This document shows positions 17,024-27,652 of a stretch of 41,239 bases of DNA, one piece after another. Source of the DNA: a virus. The notes under the pieces are model-generated. The model was not told the DNA's origin. It saw only the letters and a program-made list of their open reading frames with translations, and made no database searches. The stretch lies in IMG/VR virus record IMGVR_UViG_3300045988_110028; one strand, 5' to 3'. Positions within the stretch are counted from its first letter, which is position 1. Each line of letters begins with the position of its first letter. A program made the translations under genes and the position numbers.

Positions 17024-18300
17024 GGGCATACTTCGGGAGCCGTATTTCCGACCATATGATTCGCACACCTGAAGGGTATCTGGTATGCAAGGATGTGCCG
17101 ATCGCGCGCACCGGCATCCAGAATTACCGCGGGATGGAATTTGGCGGGACGGATCCCAATAAAATCTATAACATAGAGCGCCCGGAAGCTGAGGTGTTCA
17201 GCAAGGCCGCGCTCGCATCATTTGAAGGCAAACCCGTGGTGGATGAACACCCGACAGAAGATGTGAAACCCGGGAATGTACTTCAGTACCTGAAGGGCAC
17301 CTGCCGCAACGTACACCGCGGCGAGGGTGCCCTTTCTGATTGCATCGTTGCCGACCTCATTATCTATGACGACGATCTGATCAGAAAAATCGAGGATGGG
17401 AAGCGCGACGTGTCCTGCGGGTATGACTGCCTGTGGGATCCGAAAGACAGAGACACCTACGTGCAGCGGGAGATCCGCGGCAATCATGTGGCTGTCGTCA
17501 ATCGCGGTCGCGCTGGCCATAGAGTTTCTATTCGTGATTCCAAAGGAGGAATGAAGAGAATGAGTACAAAAAAGAACAGCCTCTGGGGCCGTGTGCTGGC
17601 GGCCTTCGCTAAAGACGAAGACACCACCCCGGAAGACTTGGAAGCTGCTTCCAAGCTGAACCCGAAGGTGCAGGACGAGGATCCTGAACCGCCCAAGGAT
17701 CCAGAACCTCAGCGCACGCCGGCGTATGATGCTCTGGATGCACGCCTCCGTCGTATCGAGGATGCACTGGATGCGCTGGCAGCGGAACCGGAACCAGAGG
17801 ATGAGTACGAGGATCCGCGATCGGCAGAAGATGATGGCGAGGATTATCCAGATAATCCGGATGATGAACCGACTGCGCTGGATGCTCTGGAAGGGGAGCT
17901 GACAGGGGAGAGGAACCCAGAAGGCGCCGAGGATGATGGCGAAGAAGACGTGCCGGCTGAAGCGATCAATGCAGCACACGGCGAGGAAACCGAGGATGAT
18001 GCAGACTGCATTGATCCAGGAGATGAAGACGATGACGCGCAGGCAGCTCGTGACGCGGCGCTGGATATCATCGACGGGCTGAAGCCGGTTATTGCAAATC
18101 TCCCTTACCGCCAGCGCCAGAGAGCTGCGGACTCCATGGCGGCGCTCCTTCGCGCTAACCTGCCGGATCGCCAGTATGCCGGCCTCATGCGTGCGCAGCA
18201 GAATGGACACAGCGCTCGCGATTCTGATCCGATTATGGACGACGAAGAGTACGGCCGCATGATCCGAGACAAGTATAATCCGCATTACAAGAAAGACTAA
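17020..18300 (+). CDS. putative scaffolding protein (DUF2213-like N-terminal domain + long acidic region)
   Basis: N-terminal ~170 aa resemble the DUF2213 phage domain. Middle region is extremely acidic (EPEPEDEYEDPRSAEDDGEDYPDNPDDEP...). Sits directly upstream of the decoration/capsid genes. Confidence 0.6.
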   Translation: MRAYFGSRISDHMIRTPEGYLVCKDVPIARTGIQNYRGMEFGGTDPNKIYNIERPEAEVFSKAALASFEGKPVVDEHPTEDVKPGNVLQYLKGTCRNVHRGEGALSDCIVADLIIYDDDLIRKIEDGKRDVSCGYDCLWDPKDRDTYVQREIRGNHVAVVNRGRAGHRVSIRDSKGGMKRMSTKKNSLWGRVLAAFAKDEDTTPEDLEAASKLNPKVQDEDPEPPKDPEPQRTPAYDALDARLRRIEDALDALAAEPEPEDEYEDPRSAEDDGEDYPDNPDDEPTALDALEGELTGERNPEGAEDDGEEDVPAEAINAAHGEETEDDADCIDPGDEDDDAQAARDAALDIIDGLKPVIANLPYRQRQRAADSMAALLRANLPDRQYAGLMRAQQNGHSARDSDPIMDDEEYGRMIRDKYNPHYKKD

Positions 18301-18313
18301 GGAGGACATCACT

Positions 18314-18829
18314 ATGAGTGGTAAAGCAATTGGTATTTCCATGAATTACGGGTTCCCGGGCACCTACGCCCGCACCCCTGACCTGATCACTACGTCCCGC
18401 CAGCTGAAGGCAGGCTCTGCCGACGTGCCGTTCGGTGCTTGCCTGCAGGCGAATGACGACAACACCTACTCCCCGATCGGCGCTGATTTTACGGAGGACA
18501 AATTCGGAGGGGTGGCGCTTCGCGTCATCAAACAGGCGGTAGCCTATGATGACCAGAATCACACCGCATACCACGAAAAGGACATGATCAATGCCCTGAA
18601 CCGCGGTGCCGTCGTCGTGACCTGCAACAATGGCAAGCCGACCGCTGGCGGCAAGGTATACGTTCGCATCAAGAAGAACACCTCCGTCGTGGATGGTGTG
18701 ATTGGCGGATTCGAAGCGGAGGAAGATGGTGAAAACTCCATCCTGCTTCCGAATGTCCAGTGGACGAACGGATATGTGGACGCGAACGGCGTGGCAGAAA
18801 TCACCATTCTGACCCGCGCGAACGCTTGA
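18314..18829 (+). CDS. putative capsid decoration / cement protein
   Basis: 171-aa beta-rich protein between scaffold and major capsid. RBS ctaaggaggacatcact-ATG. Function inferred only from position and size. Confidence 0.4.
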   Translation: MSGKAIGISMNYGFPGTYARTPDLITTSRQLKAGSADVPFGACLQANDDNTYSPIGADFTEDKFGGVALRVIKQAVAYDDQNHTAYHEKDMINALNRGAVVVTCNNGKPTAGGKVYVRIKKNTSVVDGVIGGFEAEEDGENSILLPNVQWTNGYVDANGVAEITILTRANA

Positions 18830-18853
18830 TTACGCAAAGGAGGATAATTGATT

Positions 18854-19918
18854 ATGGGTAATGGGGTTTCTTTTTTCACTCCAAATAAGGAAATGGCCGG
18901 CCGTGCCAGCATGGCAATGATGCAGGGCGGCCGTCAGGTATACGACATGCCGGGCGCTTTCTACGGGAAAGGCTTTGACTCTGCCGTGGCTTCTGGTATG
19001 GCTTACATCACCGGCGAGCTCGAAAAAATGGATCCGAAGGTGCGCGAGCCTCTCACCAGTGTCACCTGGCAGCGAGACATGGTGGCGAAGACTGGCGGAG
19101 GATGGGTAGAATACACCTCCACCTACAACGTAGACTACGGCACCACGGGACCGAATGACCTCTCGATTGTAGGCACCGCGTCCAACACGATCCCCGTCAT
19201 GCAGGTCAGCACCGAAAAGAATCTGTACAAGGTATTCACCTGGATGCACATGATGAGAATCAACTTCGTGGATATGGCGAAAGCAAAGCAGATCGGCCGC
19301 AGTTTGGAAGATATGCTGAATAAGGGCATCCGCCTTAACTACAACAAGTCGCTGGACATGAACGTCTACAAAGGATTTGAGAAGCTGGGCACGACCGGCC
19401 TCGTAAACGATCCGAATGTCGTTGTCGCAACTGCAGACAGAGGTGCATCCGGAAAGGCGACATGGAAGGATAAGACTCCGGATGAAATCTTGGACGATAT
19501 CAATCAGGCAATTACAGCAGCGTGGGTGGCATCCGAATACGACCTCGACGGTATGCCGAATCACATCCTGATCCCGCCGCAGCAGTACACTCTGCTCGTG
19601 ACGCGCAAGGTTTCTGAAGCCGGCAACTGCTCTCTGCTGGAATATTTAATGAACAATAATATCGCGAAGAATCAGGGACGTTCGATTTCCATCTATCCAT
19701 CCCGTTGGTGCATCAAGGCTGGCGCTGGTCAGACCGACCGCATGGTAGCGTATGTGAACGATGAGGACAAGGTCAACTTCGACATTACTGTTCCGATCAC
19801 ACGCGCCATGTCCTCCCCGAACCTTTCTGCAGCTGCATACGACACTCTTTACGCAGCGCAGATTGGGCAGGTGAAGTTTAATTACTATCAGCCGGTTCGC
19901 TATATCGACGGCATCTGA
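18854..19918 (+). CDS. major capsid protein (DUF2184-like, HK97 fold)
   Basis: 355 aa. RBS gcaaaggaggataattgatt-ATG. Sequence resembles the major capsid family that co-occurs with DUF2213 scaffolds. Confidence 0.8.
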   Translation: MGNGVSFFTPNKEMAGRASMAMMQGGRQVYDMPGAFYGKGFDSAVASGMAYITGELEKMDPKVREPLTSVTWQRDMVAKTGGGWVEYTSTYNVDYGTTGPNDLSIVGTASNTIPVMQVSTEKNLYKVFTWMHMMRINFVDMAKAKQIGRSLEDMLNKGIRLNYNKSLDMNVYKGFEKLGTTGLVNDPNVVVATADRGASGKATWKDKTPDEILDDINQAITAAWVASEYDLDGMPNHILIPPQQYTLLVTRKVSEAGNCSLLEYLMNNNIAKNQGRSISIYPSRWCIKAGAGQTDRMVAYVNDEDKVNFDITVPITRAMSSPNLSAAAYDTLYAAQIGQVKFNYYQPVRYIDGI

Positions 19919-19939
19919 TTTCTAATCCCGGAGGAAACC

Positions 19940-20266
19940 ATGCTTATTATTTCTAAGAGAAAGTTCATGTTCAAAAACGTCATCGGTGGTTCCTTCATCA
20001 CCAAGGGAGGCGGCATTCTGGAGGAAGCGCCGGACTGGATCCGCGAAACCCTCCTCTATGACCTCGCCCTCTCTGATGGAGACATCATCGAGGTCAAGGG
20101 GAGCGGCAGCGACAAAGATGCTGAAGCGGCTCTGGCCAAGACTGAGGAAACCACGATAGAAGAAACTGCAGCGGAAGAGGAACCGGAAGCCGAATCTCCG
20201 GTCAATCCCACGGGTAAAGGCGGCAAAAGGGGAACCGGTAAATCTGAAAACAAATCCAAAGAATAG
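19940..20266 (+). CDS. hypothetical head protein (108 aa, acidic C-terminus)
   Basis: RBS ccggaggaaacc-ATG. Position in the head module. Confidence 0.5.
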   Translation: MLIISKRKFMFKNVIGGSFITKGGGILEEAPDWIRETLLYDLALSDGDIIEVKGSGSDKDAEAALAKTEETTIEETAAEEEPEAESPVNPTGKGGKRGTGKSENKSKE

Positions 20267-20278
20267 AGGTGACTGACA

Positions 20279-20728
20279 ATGATCGGGATCGTTTCGCAGG
20301 CTTCGAACATCAAGAAAGAAGAACATCCGGAGTACACCAAGGAGACGTTCCTCCTGCTGTACCCGCAGTTTAGAGGCGTGCTTCCGGATGCGGCACTGGA
20401 CATGTACGTAGACCTCGGACTGTCCTGTGTCAATTACAAGCGCTTCAACCGGATGTGGAAGGCGGCGATTGGTTTATTCATCGCCCACTTCTGCACTCTG
20501 TACCTGCAGTCCATGCAGCCTGAAGGGACAGATGCCTCGCAGGTGCTGGCATCTGCATCCTCAGCCGGTATGGTCACCAGCGAGAGCGCTGACGGCGTAT
20601 CCTACTCCAGAGACGGATCGGCGCTCAATGACTTGAATGGCTGGGCGGCCTTCAAGATGACGACTTTTGGAGTACAGTTTGCCACCATGGCGAAACTCGT
20701 AGGGAGAGGCGGGATGTATGTATGGTGA
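20279..20728 (+). CDS. putative head-tail connector (DUF4054-like)
   Basis: 149 aa in the position typical for head completion or connector proteins. Confidence 0.45.
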   Translation: MIGIVSQASNIKKEEHPEYTKETFLLLYPQFRGVLPDAALDMYVDLGLSCVNYKRFNRMWKAAIGLFIAHFCTLYLQSMQPEGTDASQVLASASSAGMVTSESADGVSYSRDGSALNDLNGWAAFKMTTFGVQFATMAKLVGRGGMYVW

Positions 20729-21300
20729 ATGCGAAAGTGGAACACAAGGAGTACAACGGCGGCATCGCCGGGCTCTTTGCCCGTCTGCGCGGCCTACAGA
20801 AACGGCACATCTATGTCGGTATTCCGCAGGCAGAGAACAGCCGCAAAGGTGGGGAGATCGGCAATGCGGAGCTCCTCTACATTCACACCCACGGCATCCG
20901 ACGCCGTCCTATGATCGAAGAGATGGATCAGAACATGGCTCGGGGGCTCAAGTATTCCGCAGCCTTTTCTCTATACATCCAGTCTCATGGCTCGCCTCTC
21001 TGGCACTCGCCGCCTCGCCCGGTCATTGAACCGGCGCTTGCGGCCAACAAGGTCAGGATCGCAGCCGAATTTAAAAAGATATACCAGGCCACGGCATCCG
21101 CCGATGGCGATGGGGTGGAGCGTGCCATTACACGGACGGGACTTCTCGCACAGAATGTATGCCGCGAGTGGTTCGATGATCCGAGAAATAACTGGCCAGC
21201 CAATTCGCCCGTCACCATCGAAAAAAAGAAGAGCGATAAGCCTTTGATTGATACCGGCGCGATGCGAAAGGCCATTACCTATGTGGTTAGGAGTGATTGA
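20722..21300 (+). CDS. HK97 gp10-like head-tail joining protein
   Basis: C-terminal PLIDTGAMRKAI resembles the gp10-family LVDTG.LR.SI motif. Confidence 0.55.
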   Translation: MVNAKVEHKEYNGGIAGLFARLRGLQKRHIYVGIPQAENSRKGGEIGNAELLYIHTHGIRRRPMIEEMDQNMARGLKYSAAFSLYIQSHGSPLWHSPPRPVIEPALAANKVRIAAEFKKIYQATASADGDGVERAITRTGLLAQNVCREWFDDPRNNWPANSPVTIEKKKSDKPLIDTGAMRKAITYVVRSD

Positions 21301-21689
21301 CTATGATTAACCTGGCCACAGTGATACACTCGCCGATGCTCTCGCAGGGCATCACTATCAAGCGGTCCTCCGGTATGTGGGAAGATGGGGATTTCGTCTC
21401 TGACACGACTTCCCCATCGACCCTTCATTTACGCGGAATCGTAACGGTAGCAAGTGCCCGAGACCTCAGCATGGTTCCGGAAGGCGACCGGCAGTCTGGC
21501 GCCATGAAGGTGCTGACGACGGAGCGCCTGTACGTAACGGGTGAGATCAATGATTCTTCGAATTTCTCTGATATCCTCGTATGGCGCGGAGAGGAGTACC
21601 GTATATATTCAGTGACTCCTGACGCAGACTATGGGTTCTATCGATCGATCGCTATGAGAGTACTTGGGGAGGTGTCCACCGATGCCTAA
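21297..21689 (+). CDS. hypothetical tail completion protein (130 aa)
   Basis: Position between the connector genes and the sheath. Confidence 0.45.
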   Translation: MTMINLATVIHSPMLSQGITIKRSSGMWEDGDFVSDTTSPSTLHLRGIVTVASARDLSMVPEGDRQSGAMKVLTTERLYVTGEINDSSNFSDILVWRGEEYRIYSVTPDADYGFYRSIAMRVLGEVSTDA

Positions 21690-22278
21690 CCTTACACGGA
21701 AGGAAATCATGCGGCTATTCTACAGAGCGACCATGGCCGCGATCGGGGAGGATCCGGATAAAAAGTACAGAACCTCAAAGCCGCCTGTTCGTCTGACTTA
21801 CAGCACCTTTGGGAAACCAGACTGGACGGTGAACGATGATGTCATTTTTCTTACGTTCCATGATGCGGGAGGTGATGAGACCACCCAGCCGATCCATGAA
21901 GTATGGGAAGACGCTGGGCGTGATCTCATCTGCCGGCATTATATGAACCGTGTGCTTCAGATTTCTTTCACGGCCTACGGGCCGAATGGATACGATCATC
22001 TCCTGGAGGTCAAACATGCCTTCCTTGACGGCTCCGACGTACTGCGGAAAGCCGGCATCATGATCATCCCATCTGCAGAGACACCGCAGTACGTTCCCGA
22101 AAATTACCAAAACATGTGGTGGGACAGGGCAGACCTAACACTCCGCTTCAACTACCTCATGCGTTGGGATGAGGACGTGAAGGCCATCGAGAAGGTGCCG
22201 GTGACTATCCACGCCAATCCGCCCGGCGAATCGCACCGCGTCCAGACGGACAGCGGAATTATCATCAAGAAAGGATAA
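21682..22278 (+). CDS. hypothetical tail terminator/completion protein (198 aa)
   Basis: ATG at 21682 overlapping the upstream stop. Immediately upstream of the sheath. Confidence 0.45.
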   Translation: MPNLTRKEIMRLFYRATMAAIGEDPDKKYRTSKPPVRLTYSTFGKPDWTVNDDVIFLTFHDAGGDETTQPIHEVWEDAGRDLICRHYMNRVLQISFTAYGPNGYDHLLEVKHAFLDGSDVLRKAGIMIIPSAETPQYVPENYQNMWWDRADLTLRFNYLMRWDEDVKAIEKVPVTIHANPPGESHRVQTDSGIIIKKG

Positions 22279-22281
22279 AAC

Positions 22282-23424
22282 ATGCAGCTTGATTTAAAAA
22301 CAATCGTCAATGTGCAGGTTAATCTGGCCTCTCGCTCGGCTGCCAGAAAAGGTTTCAATGTGGCGCTGATCCTTGGCCCTAGCACGGCCATCAGCACAGG
22401 CGAACGCGTCAAAATCTACACCAGCGTTTCCGCCATGCTGCAGGATGGATTCACTATGGACACCCCGGAATACACGGCAGCGTCGCTGTATTTTTCAGCG
22501 ACATCTGGCCCGACCAAGCTGGCCGTCGGCGTCAAAGGGGAAGAAGAATCGTTCCTCGCTGCGGCTAAGGCCTGCCGAGAAAAGAATGGGGAATGGTACG
22601 TTCTGATCCCGCTTGAAGCCAAAGACGCTGATATCCTGCAGCTTGCAGAGTGGGCAGAGGCGGCCAGCCCAGATACGCTCCTCGCCTATACCACCTCCGA
22701 CGATTCGAACCTGTCTAATACAGTAACAGGCGAAGTGGGCGATCAGACTGACGCTATCTTCAAGCGTCTGAAGGCAAAGAATTACCGACGCTCATTCGGC
22801 ATCTACAGCGGAACCAGTCATGCCGTCGCTGCCGTCATGGGCTATGCAATGGGACAGAACACCGGTCTCAACAATTCCGCGTTCACGCTCGCCTACAAGA
22901 AACTTCCCGGCGTCGTGACGGACGACCTGTCCGAAACGCAGGTACAGTATGTGTGCGGGGATAGCGAGACTGCAGGCGTGAACGGCAATGTGTATGTGCG
23001 CCGATCGGATGCCTACGACGTCCTGCAGGAAGGATGCATGGCGGACGGTACGTACTTCGACGAAGTCCTGAACCTCGACATGCTGAAGAATGAAATCGTG
23101 CTGTCGGTCATGGATCTCCTGACCAGTCAGCCGAAGATTCCGGATACGGAGCCCGGCGTAAACAGCATCGTGGCGGTCATCAATACCGCTTGCGAAAAAT
23201 TCGTCAATTCCGGATTCATCGCACCGGGCGTATGGAATGGCGGCACTGTGCTCACTCTGAAGAATGGAACCACGCTCGATGCAGGCTATATCGTCCTCTC
23301 CGAGCCGGTCGCCGACCAGTCGCAGGCCGATCGCGATGCGCGCAAGGCGCCTCCGATCTACGTATGCATCAAGACTGCCGGGGCTATTCATTATGTGACC
23401 ATTGCGGTCAACGTCAATCGCTAG
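22282..23424 (+). CDS. tail sheath protein
   Basis: 380 aa directly upstream of the tube. The contractile tail is corroborated by the hub, spike, PAAR, gpW, gpJ and gpI genes downstream. Confidence 0.65.
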   Translation: MQLDLKTIVNVQVNLASRSAARKGFNVALILGPSTAISTGERVKIYTSVSAMLQDGFTMDTPEYTAASLYFSATSGPTKLAVGVKGEEESFLAAAKACREKNGEWYVLIPLEAKDADILQLAEWAEAASPDTLLAYTTSDDSNLSNTVTGEVGDQTDAIFKRLKAKNYRRSFGIYSGTSHAVAAVMGYAMGQNTGLNNSAFTLAYKKLPGVVTDDLSETQVQYVCGDSETAGVNGNVYVRRSDAYDVLQEGCMADGTYFDEVLNLDMLKNEIVLSVMDLLTSQPKIPDTEPGVNSIVAVINTACEKFVNSGFIAPGVWNGGTVLTLKNGTTLDAGYIVLSEPVADQSQADRDARKAPPIYVCIKTAGAIHYVTIAVNVNR

Positions 23425-23440
23425 TGGGAGGTGAAAAAGT

Positions 23441-23884
23441 ATGAATGGAGCTTTAACTACCTACTCCTTCTCGGACGTGGTCGGATCGATCCATTGCGGT
23501 CTGATGGAGGACTACGTATTTACCGGGAAAGGCGTGGGTTCGATTACGATCTCTAAATCAACGGAGCGCACCACGCATGACATTGCGGCCGACGGATCTG
23601 TCATGGTATCCAAGGTGCCGGGTAACAACGGGACTATAACTATTGAGGTGCAGCAGACCAGTCCGCTTAATAAATGGCTGAACGGATGGTTCCAGAAATT
23701 ATGGAATTCTCCCACAGCGAAATGGGCCAGCACCACCATCTTGATCCGAAACGGACATCTGGGAAATACACACGTCTGCGTTGGTGTGTCTCCTTCCAAA
23801 GAACCTGATACGCCTTACCAGTCGCAGGGCGGCCGCGTGACGTGGCAGCTCATGTGCGCAGATATTGTGAATAACCCGATCTAA
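23441..23884 (+). CDS. tail tube protein
   Basis: 147 aa, between the sheath and the chaperones. RBS gggaggtgaaaaagt-ATG. Confidence 0.65.
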   Translation: MNGALTTYSFSDVVGSIHCGLMEDYVFTGKGVGSITISKSTERTTHDIAADGSVMVSKVPGNNGTITIEVQQTSPLNKWLNGWFQKLWNSPTAKWASTTILIRNGHLGNTHVCVGVSPSKEPDTPYQSQGGRVTWQLMCADIVNNPI

Positions 23885-23915
23885 TGTGAAGCATCTTTAT
23901 ACCGGAGGAACCATA

Positions 23916-24338
23916 ATGCTGAAACAGAAGACAAAAGTGATCGAATCGGGCGGCGTTAAATACCGCCTGGGCAAGATGGATGCCCGCTCGGCATCCTATC
24001 TGGCCATGAAAGCAGCGGCGGTGATCGCGCCGGCCCTTTCCACTGTCAAGGGCATGAATAAGCAGGATGCCATCACGGCGGCGGCCAATGCGCTGCCCTC
24101 TATGCCCCGTGAGGAATTCGATGAAATCCAGACCATGCTGCTCCGCACCGTCGTGAAGCTGGTAGAGACGAATGGTGTGGATATGCCGGTGCCGGTCATC
24201 AAGGCGGACGGATCGTTTACCGATGATGATCTCTGCTATGACGCTCCGACAGTTATGCAGCTCTCGGTACAGGCGCTGATGTTCAATATCGGCGATTTTT
24301 TTCAAGGAGCCGGCCTGATCCAGAAACCGGCCAAGTAG
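23916..24338 (+). CDS. tail assembly chaperone (XkdN-like)
   Basis: Position upstream of the tape measure. RBS ccggaggaaccata-ATG. Confidence 0.5.
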   Translation: MLKQKTKVIESGGVKYRLGKMDARSASYLAMKAAAVIAPALSTVKGMNKQDAITAAANALPSMPREEFDEIQTMLLRTVVKLVETNGVDMPVPVIKADGSFTDDDLCYDAPTVMQLSVQALMFNIGDFFQGAGLIQKPAK

Positions 24339-24340
24339 CA

Positions 24341-24538
24341 ATGCCATTTGAACCATATGCCTATCCGACCATTGACGCCTTCGCGTATGCGCCGGTGGCC
24401 GCCGGTATGTGGCGGCAGCACGAAGTGTTTGATGGGACATATGACTTTGACGATTTACTCGACGCGCATGAAATCATGGCAGTAAAGGCTATCAATGCCA
24501 AGAGGGCCCAGGAAGCGGCAGAAAGGAGAAATCGATGA
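24341..24538 (+). CDS. small tail assembly chaperone-like protein (65 aa)
   Basis: Second small ORF before the tape measure (G/GT-like position). Confidence 0.4.
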   Translation: MPFEPYAYPTIDAFAYAPVAAGMWRQHEVFDGTYDFDDLLDAHEIMAVKAINAKRAQEAAERRNR

Positions 24539-26589
24539 ATCCAGTCGAAACGATGGGGGAATACCTGGTCAAACTGTCTGCGGACATTGATACCAATTCC
24601 TTTAATGCCGCCATGGGTGCTCTGAATCAGCTCATGAATGCCCTGAAGAACATCAAAGGCCTTGTGGCGGCTGCAGCGGCAGTGACCGGATTCGCGGCGA
24701 TCGGCAAGGCGGCCATCGATACCATCAAGAGTGTGGCCGCGGCCGACATGCAGTTCAAACGGCTGGCGAATCAGATGTGGATCACCAAGGACAGCGCCAA
24801 GGCGCTCTCTACTGCCATGAAGGTCATGGGTGTCTCTGAAGAAGATCTGGCATGGATCCCGGAGCTTCGCGAGCAGTTCTTCCGTTTACGAAGTGAGATG
24901 AACCAGCTGGCCACGCCGATCGATGCCGACCGGCAGCTTAAATGGATCCGAGAAATCGGATATGACATCCAGTCGCTGCAGGTGAAGCTGAAAATGCTGA
25001 AGGAGTGGGTAGCATACTACCTCATCAAATACCTGCAGCCATTCATCAAGGAGTTTCAACAGTTCATCCAGTGGCTAAATGATAAGCTCGGAAAGAACAT
25101 GCCGCAGATCGCGAAGAAAATCGCGGAGTTTCTAGGGCACGTCGTGTCCGTCGGGCTGAGTGCACTTAAAGTATTGAAGTCGGTCATCGGCACCGTCTAT
25201 CGCTTTATCGACGGCCTCCCTGCGAATGTGAAAAAGTGGGGAGCGATATTTGCGACGGTCGGGGCCTTTATCATGGCCGGTCCTTTTGGGAAATTCCTGA
25301 TCGCGATCGGCGGGGCTCTTCTGCTCCTCGAGGACTTCGTCTACTACATGAATGGGTGGAAGTCGTCTAAGACGCTCGCTCCCGTGTGGGAGAAGCTGCT
25401 GAATTTCTTAGAGGGAGATACGCTCTCCACTATCTCCGATTCCATCAAGGAAATCCTGAAAGTCATCGCGGATTACCTCGATTACATCGTGACCAAATTC
25501 GTAGAAGGCATTGATTGGGATGGTATTCGTGAGTCCTGGTCAGATGGTCTTTCCGAGTTGAAGAACGGTGTTGGGGATTTATTCGACGCCATCTCTGACC
25601 TTTTTGATACCATCACCAAGAACACCGACGAGAAGGCGAAGTCTCGCCAGCGGTCATTCTGGACATCCATCGGAGAATTCATATCTTGGGCGTTGAAGGA
25701 CCTCGGCCGAATGGCCGGGATGGTCGGGAAGCTCATCGCCTCCATTGCGTTATGCCTTCGCGGTGATTTCGTGGGGGCGGCTAAGCTCCTTGGTGTCGTC
25801 GTTCAATCGGCGGCTAAGAACAGCCCTTGGGGGCGCATTCTTAGTGGTGTATTTGAATCGTCTGCTGATGAGAAAGCAAATACAGCGGCCGCAATGAACA
25901 TACTCACGAAGGACGGTGGATTTACGAAAGAGGCGGCCGCTGCAGCTATCGGGAATTTCTCGGCGGAGTCGAATGTAGATCCGAGCAACGTACAGAAAGG
26001 CAGCCAGGAGGAGAAGGAAATCTACTTGCGGCGCCTCCTTAATGGAGATATGAGCCGGGATGAATTCGTAAACGACGGTGTCGGATTTGGCCTTGCGCAG
26101 TGGACAGATGCAGGAAGAAAGGGAGCACTCTACGATTTCGCCATCGAGCAGGGGCGGCCCATCAACGACCTACGCCTGCAGCTGGCCTTCTTCATGAAGG
26201 AGCTTGAGGAAGATTACGGCGACCTGTACCAGGAAATGAAGACGACGGACGATGTGGACAGCATGACGCGCCGCCTGCTTCACGAATACGAAAGTCCGGA
26301 GGATCAAGGGTATGGCGTGCAGGTGGATCGCGTAGACAGGGCGCAGAATGCATACGACAACAATTTTGTAAGTACATCCTCCTTTGCAGTAAATCCAAAC
26401 AGCTTCGCAGCGACGGCTGGCGCAGGCAGTAATGGATTCGTACAGACCGGCTATAGCAACGGCGGCAGCCGCATTTCATTTGGAGATATCCACGTGAATG
26501 TCACGAATAGCAATGCCTCAGCCAAGGACATCGGAAACGCAGTCGCTGATGCCATTTCTACGCGGTATCAGAGAGGGGTGCTGGTATGA
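24535..26589 (+). CDS. tail tape measure protein with C-terminal phage tail lysozyme-like domain
   Basis: 684 aa. Hydrophobic segments in the N-half. C-terminal GNFSAESNVDPSNVQKGSQ...GVGFGLAQWTDAGRKGALYDF resembles phage tail lysozyme / transglycosylase domains. Confidence 0.8.
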   Translation: MNPVETMGEYLVKLSADIDTNSFNAAMGALNQLMNALKNIKGLVAAAAAVTGFAAIGKAAIDTIKSVAAADMQFKRLANQMWITKDSAKALSTAMKVMGVSEEDLAWIPELREQFFRLRSEMNQLATPIDADRQLKWIREIGYDIQSLQVKLKMLKEWVAYYLIKYLQPFIKEFQQFIQWLNDKLGKNMPQIAKKIAEFLGHVVSVGLSALKVLKSVIGTVYRFIDGLPANVKKWGAIFATVGAFIMAGPFGKFLIAIGGALLLLEDFVYYMNGWKSSKTLAPVWEKLLNFLEGDTLSTISDSIKEILKVIADYLDYIVTKFVEGIDWDGIRESWSDGLSELKNGVGDLFDAISDLFDTITKNTDEKAKSRQRSFWTSIGEFISWALKDLGRMAGMVGKLIASIALCLRGDFVGAAKLLGVVVQSAAKNSPWGRILSGVFESSADEKANTAAAMNILTKDGGFTKEAAAAAIGNFSAESNVDPSNVQKGSQEEKEIYLRRLLNGDMSRDEFVNDGVGFGLAQWTDAGRKGALYDFAIEQGRPINDLRLQLAFFMKELEEDYGDLYQEMKTTDDVDSMTRRLLHEYESPEDQGYGVQVDRVDRAQNAYDNNFVSTSSFAVNPNSFAATAGAGSNGFVQTGYSNGGSRISFGDIHVNVTNSNASAKDIGNAVADAISTRYQRGVLV

Positions 26590-27317
26590 ATATATTAGGA
26601 TCTCTGGGCGGCGGCGCTCATCTCGGCCTGGGTAATCTGACCGGCATGACACTCGGTAACCTCAATGCAGTGCTGATCGGTGGGACGGCTACGCTGCCGT
26701 CCAAGGAAATGTTTCTTGGATCCGCGTTTCAGGATGGGTATTTTCCCCGCCAGTGGGCGGCCGGGACGCATGAGCAGGGCGAGCTCATCTACTGCAAGAC
26801 GAACATCGCCGGATTCTTTTTCGATGCCGTTCTGAACGTGTCCACGGAGCATACCGCTGTCGTGACCTCTCACCCGGTGCAGACCGGGGCGAATATCTCG
26901 GATCACATGTACTTGGAGCCGGTACAGATCACCATGGAAATCGGAATGAGTGACTGCATGGCCTCCATGGTGCGCGGCCAGTGGGTGGGAGCCTACACGA
27001 AGTCCATCTCAGCCTATCGAAAGCTCTGCGAGTTACAGGCGGCGCGTATTCCCTTCACTGTGCTGACGCGTCTCAACCAGTATCAGAATATGGTCATCCG
27101 CTCGATTTCCGTCAACGATGACGCCAGTACGCTATACGGCCTGCGGGCCACAGTCAACCTGCAACAGCTGATTCTAGCGAATGTCACGACGGAAAAAGTC
27201 TCTGCTCGGGAATGGACGAGCGGGGATGGAACGAACCGCGGAGAAGTCCAACCGACGCCGGAGCCCACATCGACCATCCGAGCCATGGAAGACGCATCGA
27301 AAGGGGGCGATGGCTGA
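26586..27317 (+). CDS. tail/baseplate-associated protein (XkdP position; no LysM)
   Basis: 243 aa immediately after the tape measure. Confidence 0.45.
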   Translation: MNILGSLGGGAHLGLGNLTGMTLGNLNAVLIGGTATLPSKEMFLGSAFQDGYFPRQWAAGTHEQGELIYCKTNIAGFFFDAVLNVSTEHTAVVTSHPVQTGANISDHMYLEPVQITMEIGMSDCMASMVRGQWVGAYTKSISAYRKLCELQAARIPFTVLTRLNQYQNMVIRSISVNDDASTLYGLRATVNLQQLILANVTTEKVSAREWTSGDGTNRGEVQPTPEPTSTIRAMEDASKGGDG

Positions 27318-27652
27318 TGGCATACTGCAGAATACCATTGACTTGTCATCCGCAGTCTGTACAGACCTTCAAGCTCACGCTTGAGGGCGGAAAGCGGAAC
27401 ATCAACATCAAGCTCGTGCTCCGGTATATGGATCTGTATGATACTTGGATCGCCGCGATTTATGACAACAGTACGGGAGACCTTCTGGTGGACATGATGC
27501 CGCTGGTATGCGGAGTGAATCTCCTCGGCCAGTACAAGCATCTTTCTATCGGGGAGGCATACATTGTGCCTATTTCCGACACGATCATCATGCAGCCGGA
27601 CAACAAGACACTTGGGACGACCTTCGTTTTAATCTGGGGGGATGCATCATGA
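27317..27652 (+). CDS. hypothetical baseplate/tail protein (111 aa)
   Basis: ATG at 27317 overlapping the upstream stop. Small protein before the hub. Confidence 0.45.
   Translation: MAYCRIPLTCHPQSVQTFKLTLEGGKRNINIKLVLRYMDLYDTWIAAIYDNSTGDLLVDMMPLVCGVNLLGQYKHLSIGEAYIVPISDTIIMQPDNKTLGTTFVLIWGDAS

Noticed and set aside
17218-18342. 374-aa minus-strand ORF antisense to the scaffold gene
   Set aside because: It lies entirely inside the acidic scaffold ORF. The GAx-rich sense strand leaves the antisense frame open. Its low-complexity product and lack of start signals do not support a gene.
18830-19564. 244-aa minus-strand ORF antisense to the major capsid gene
   Set aside because: Same reasoning: it is embedded in a confident + strand structural gene.
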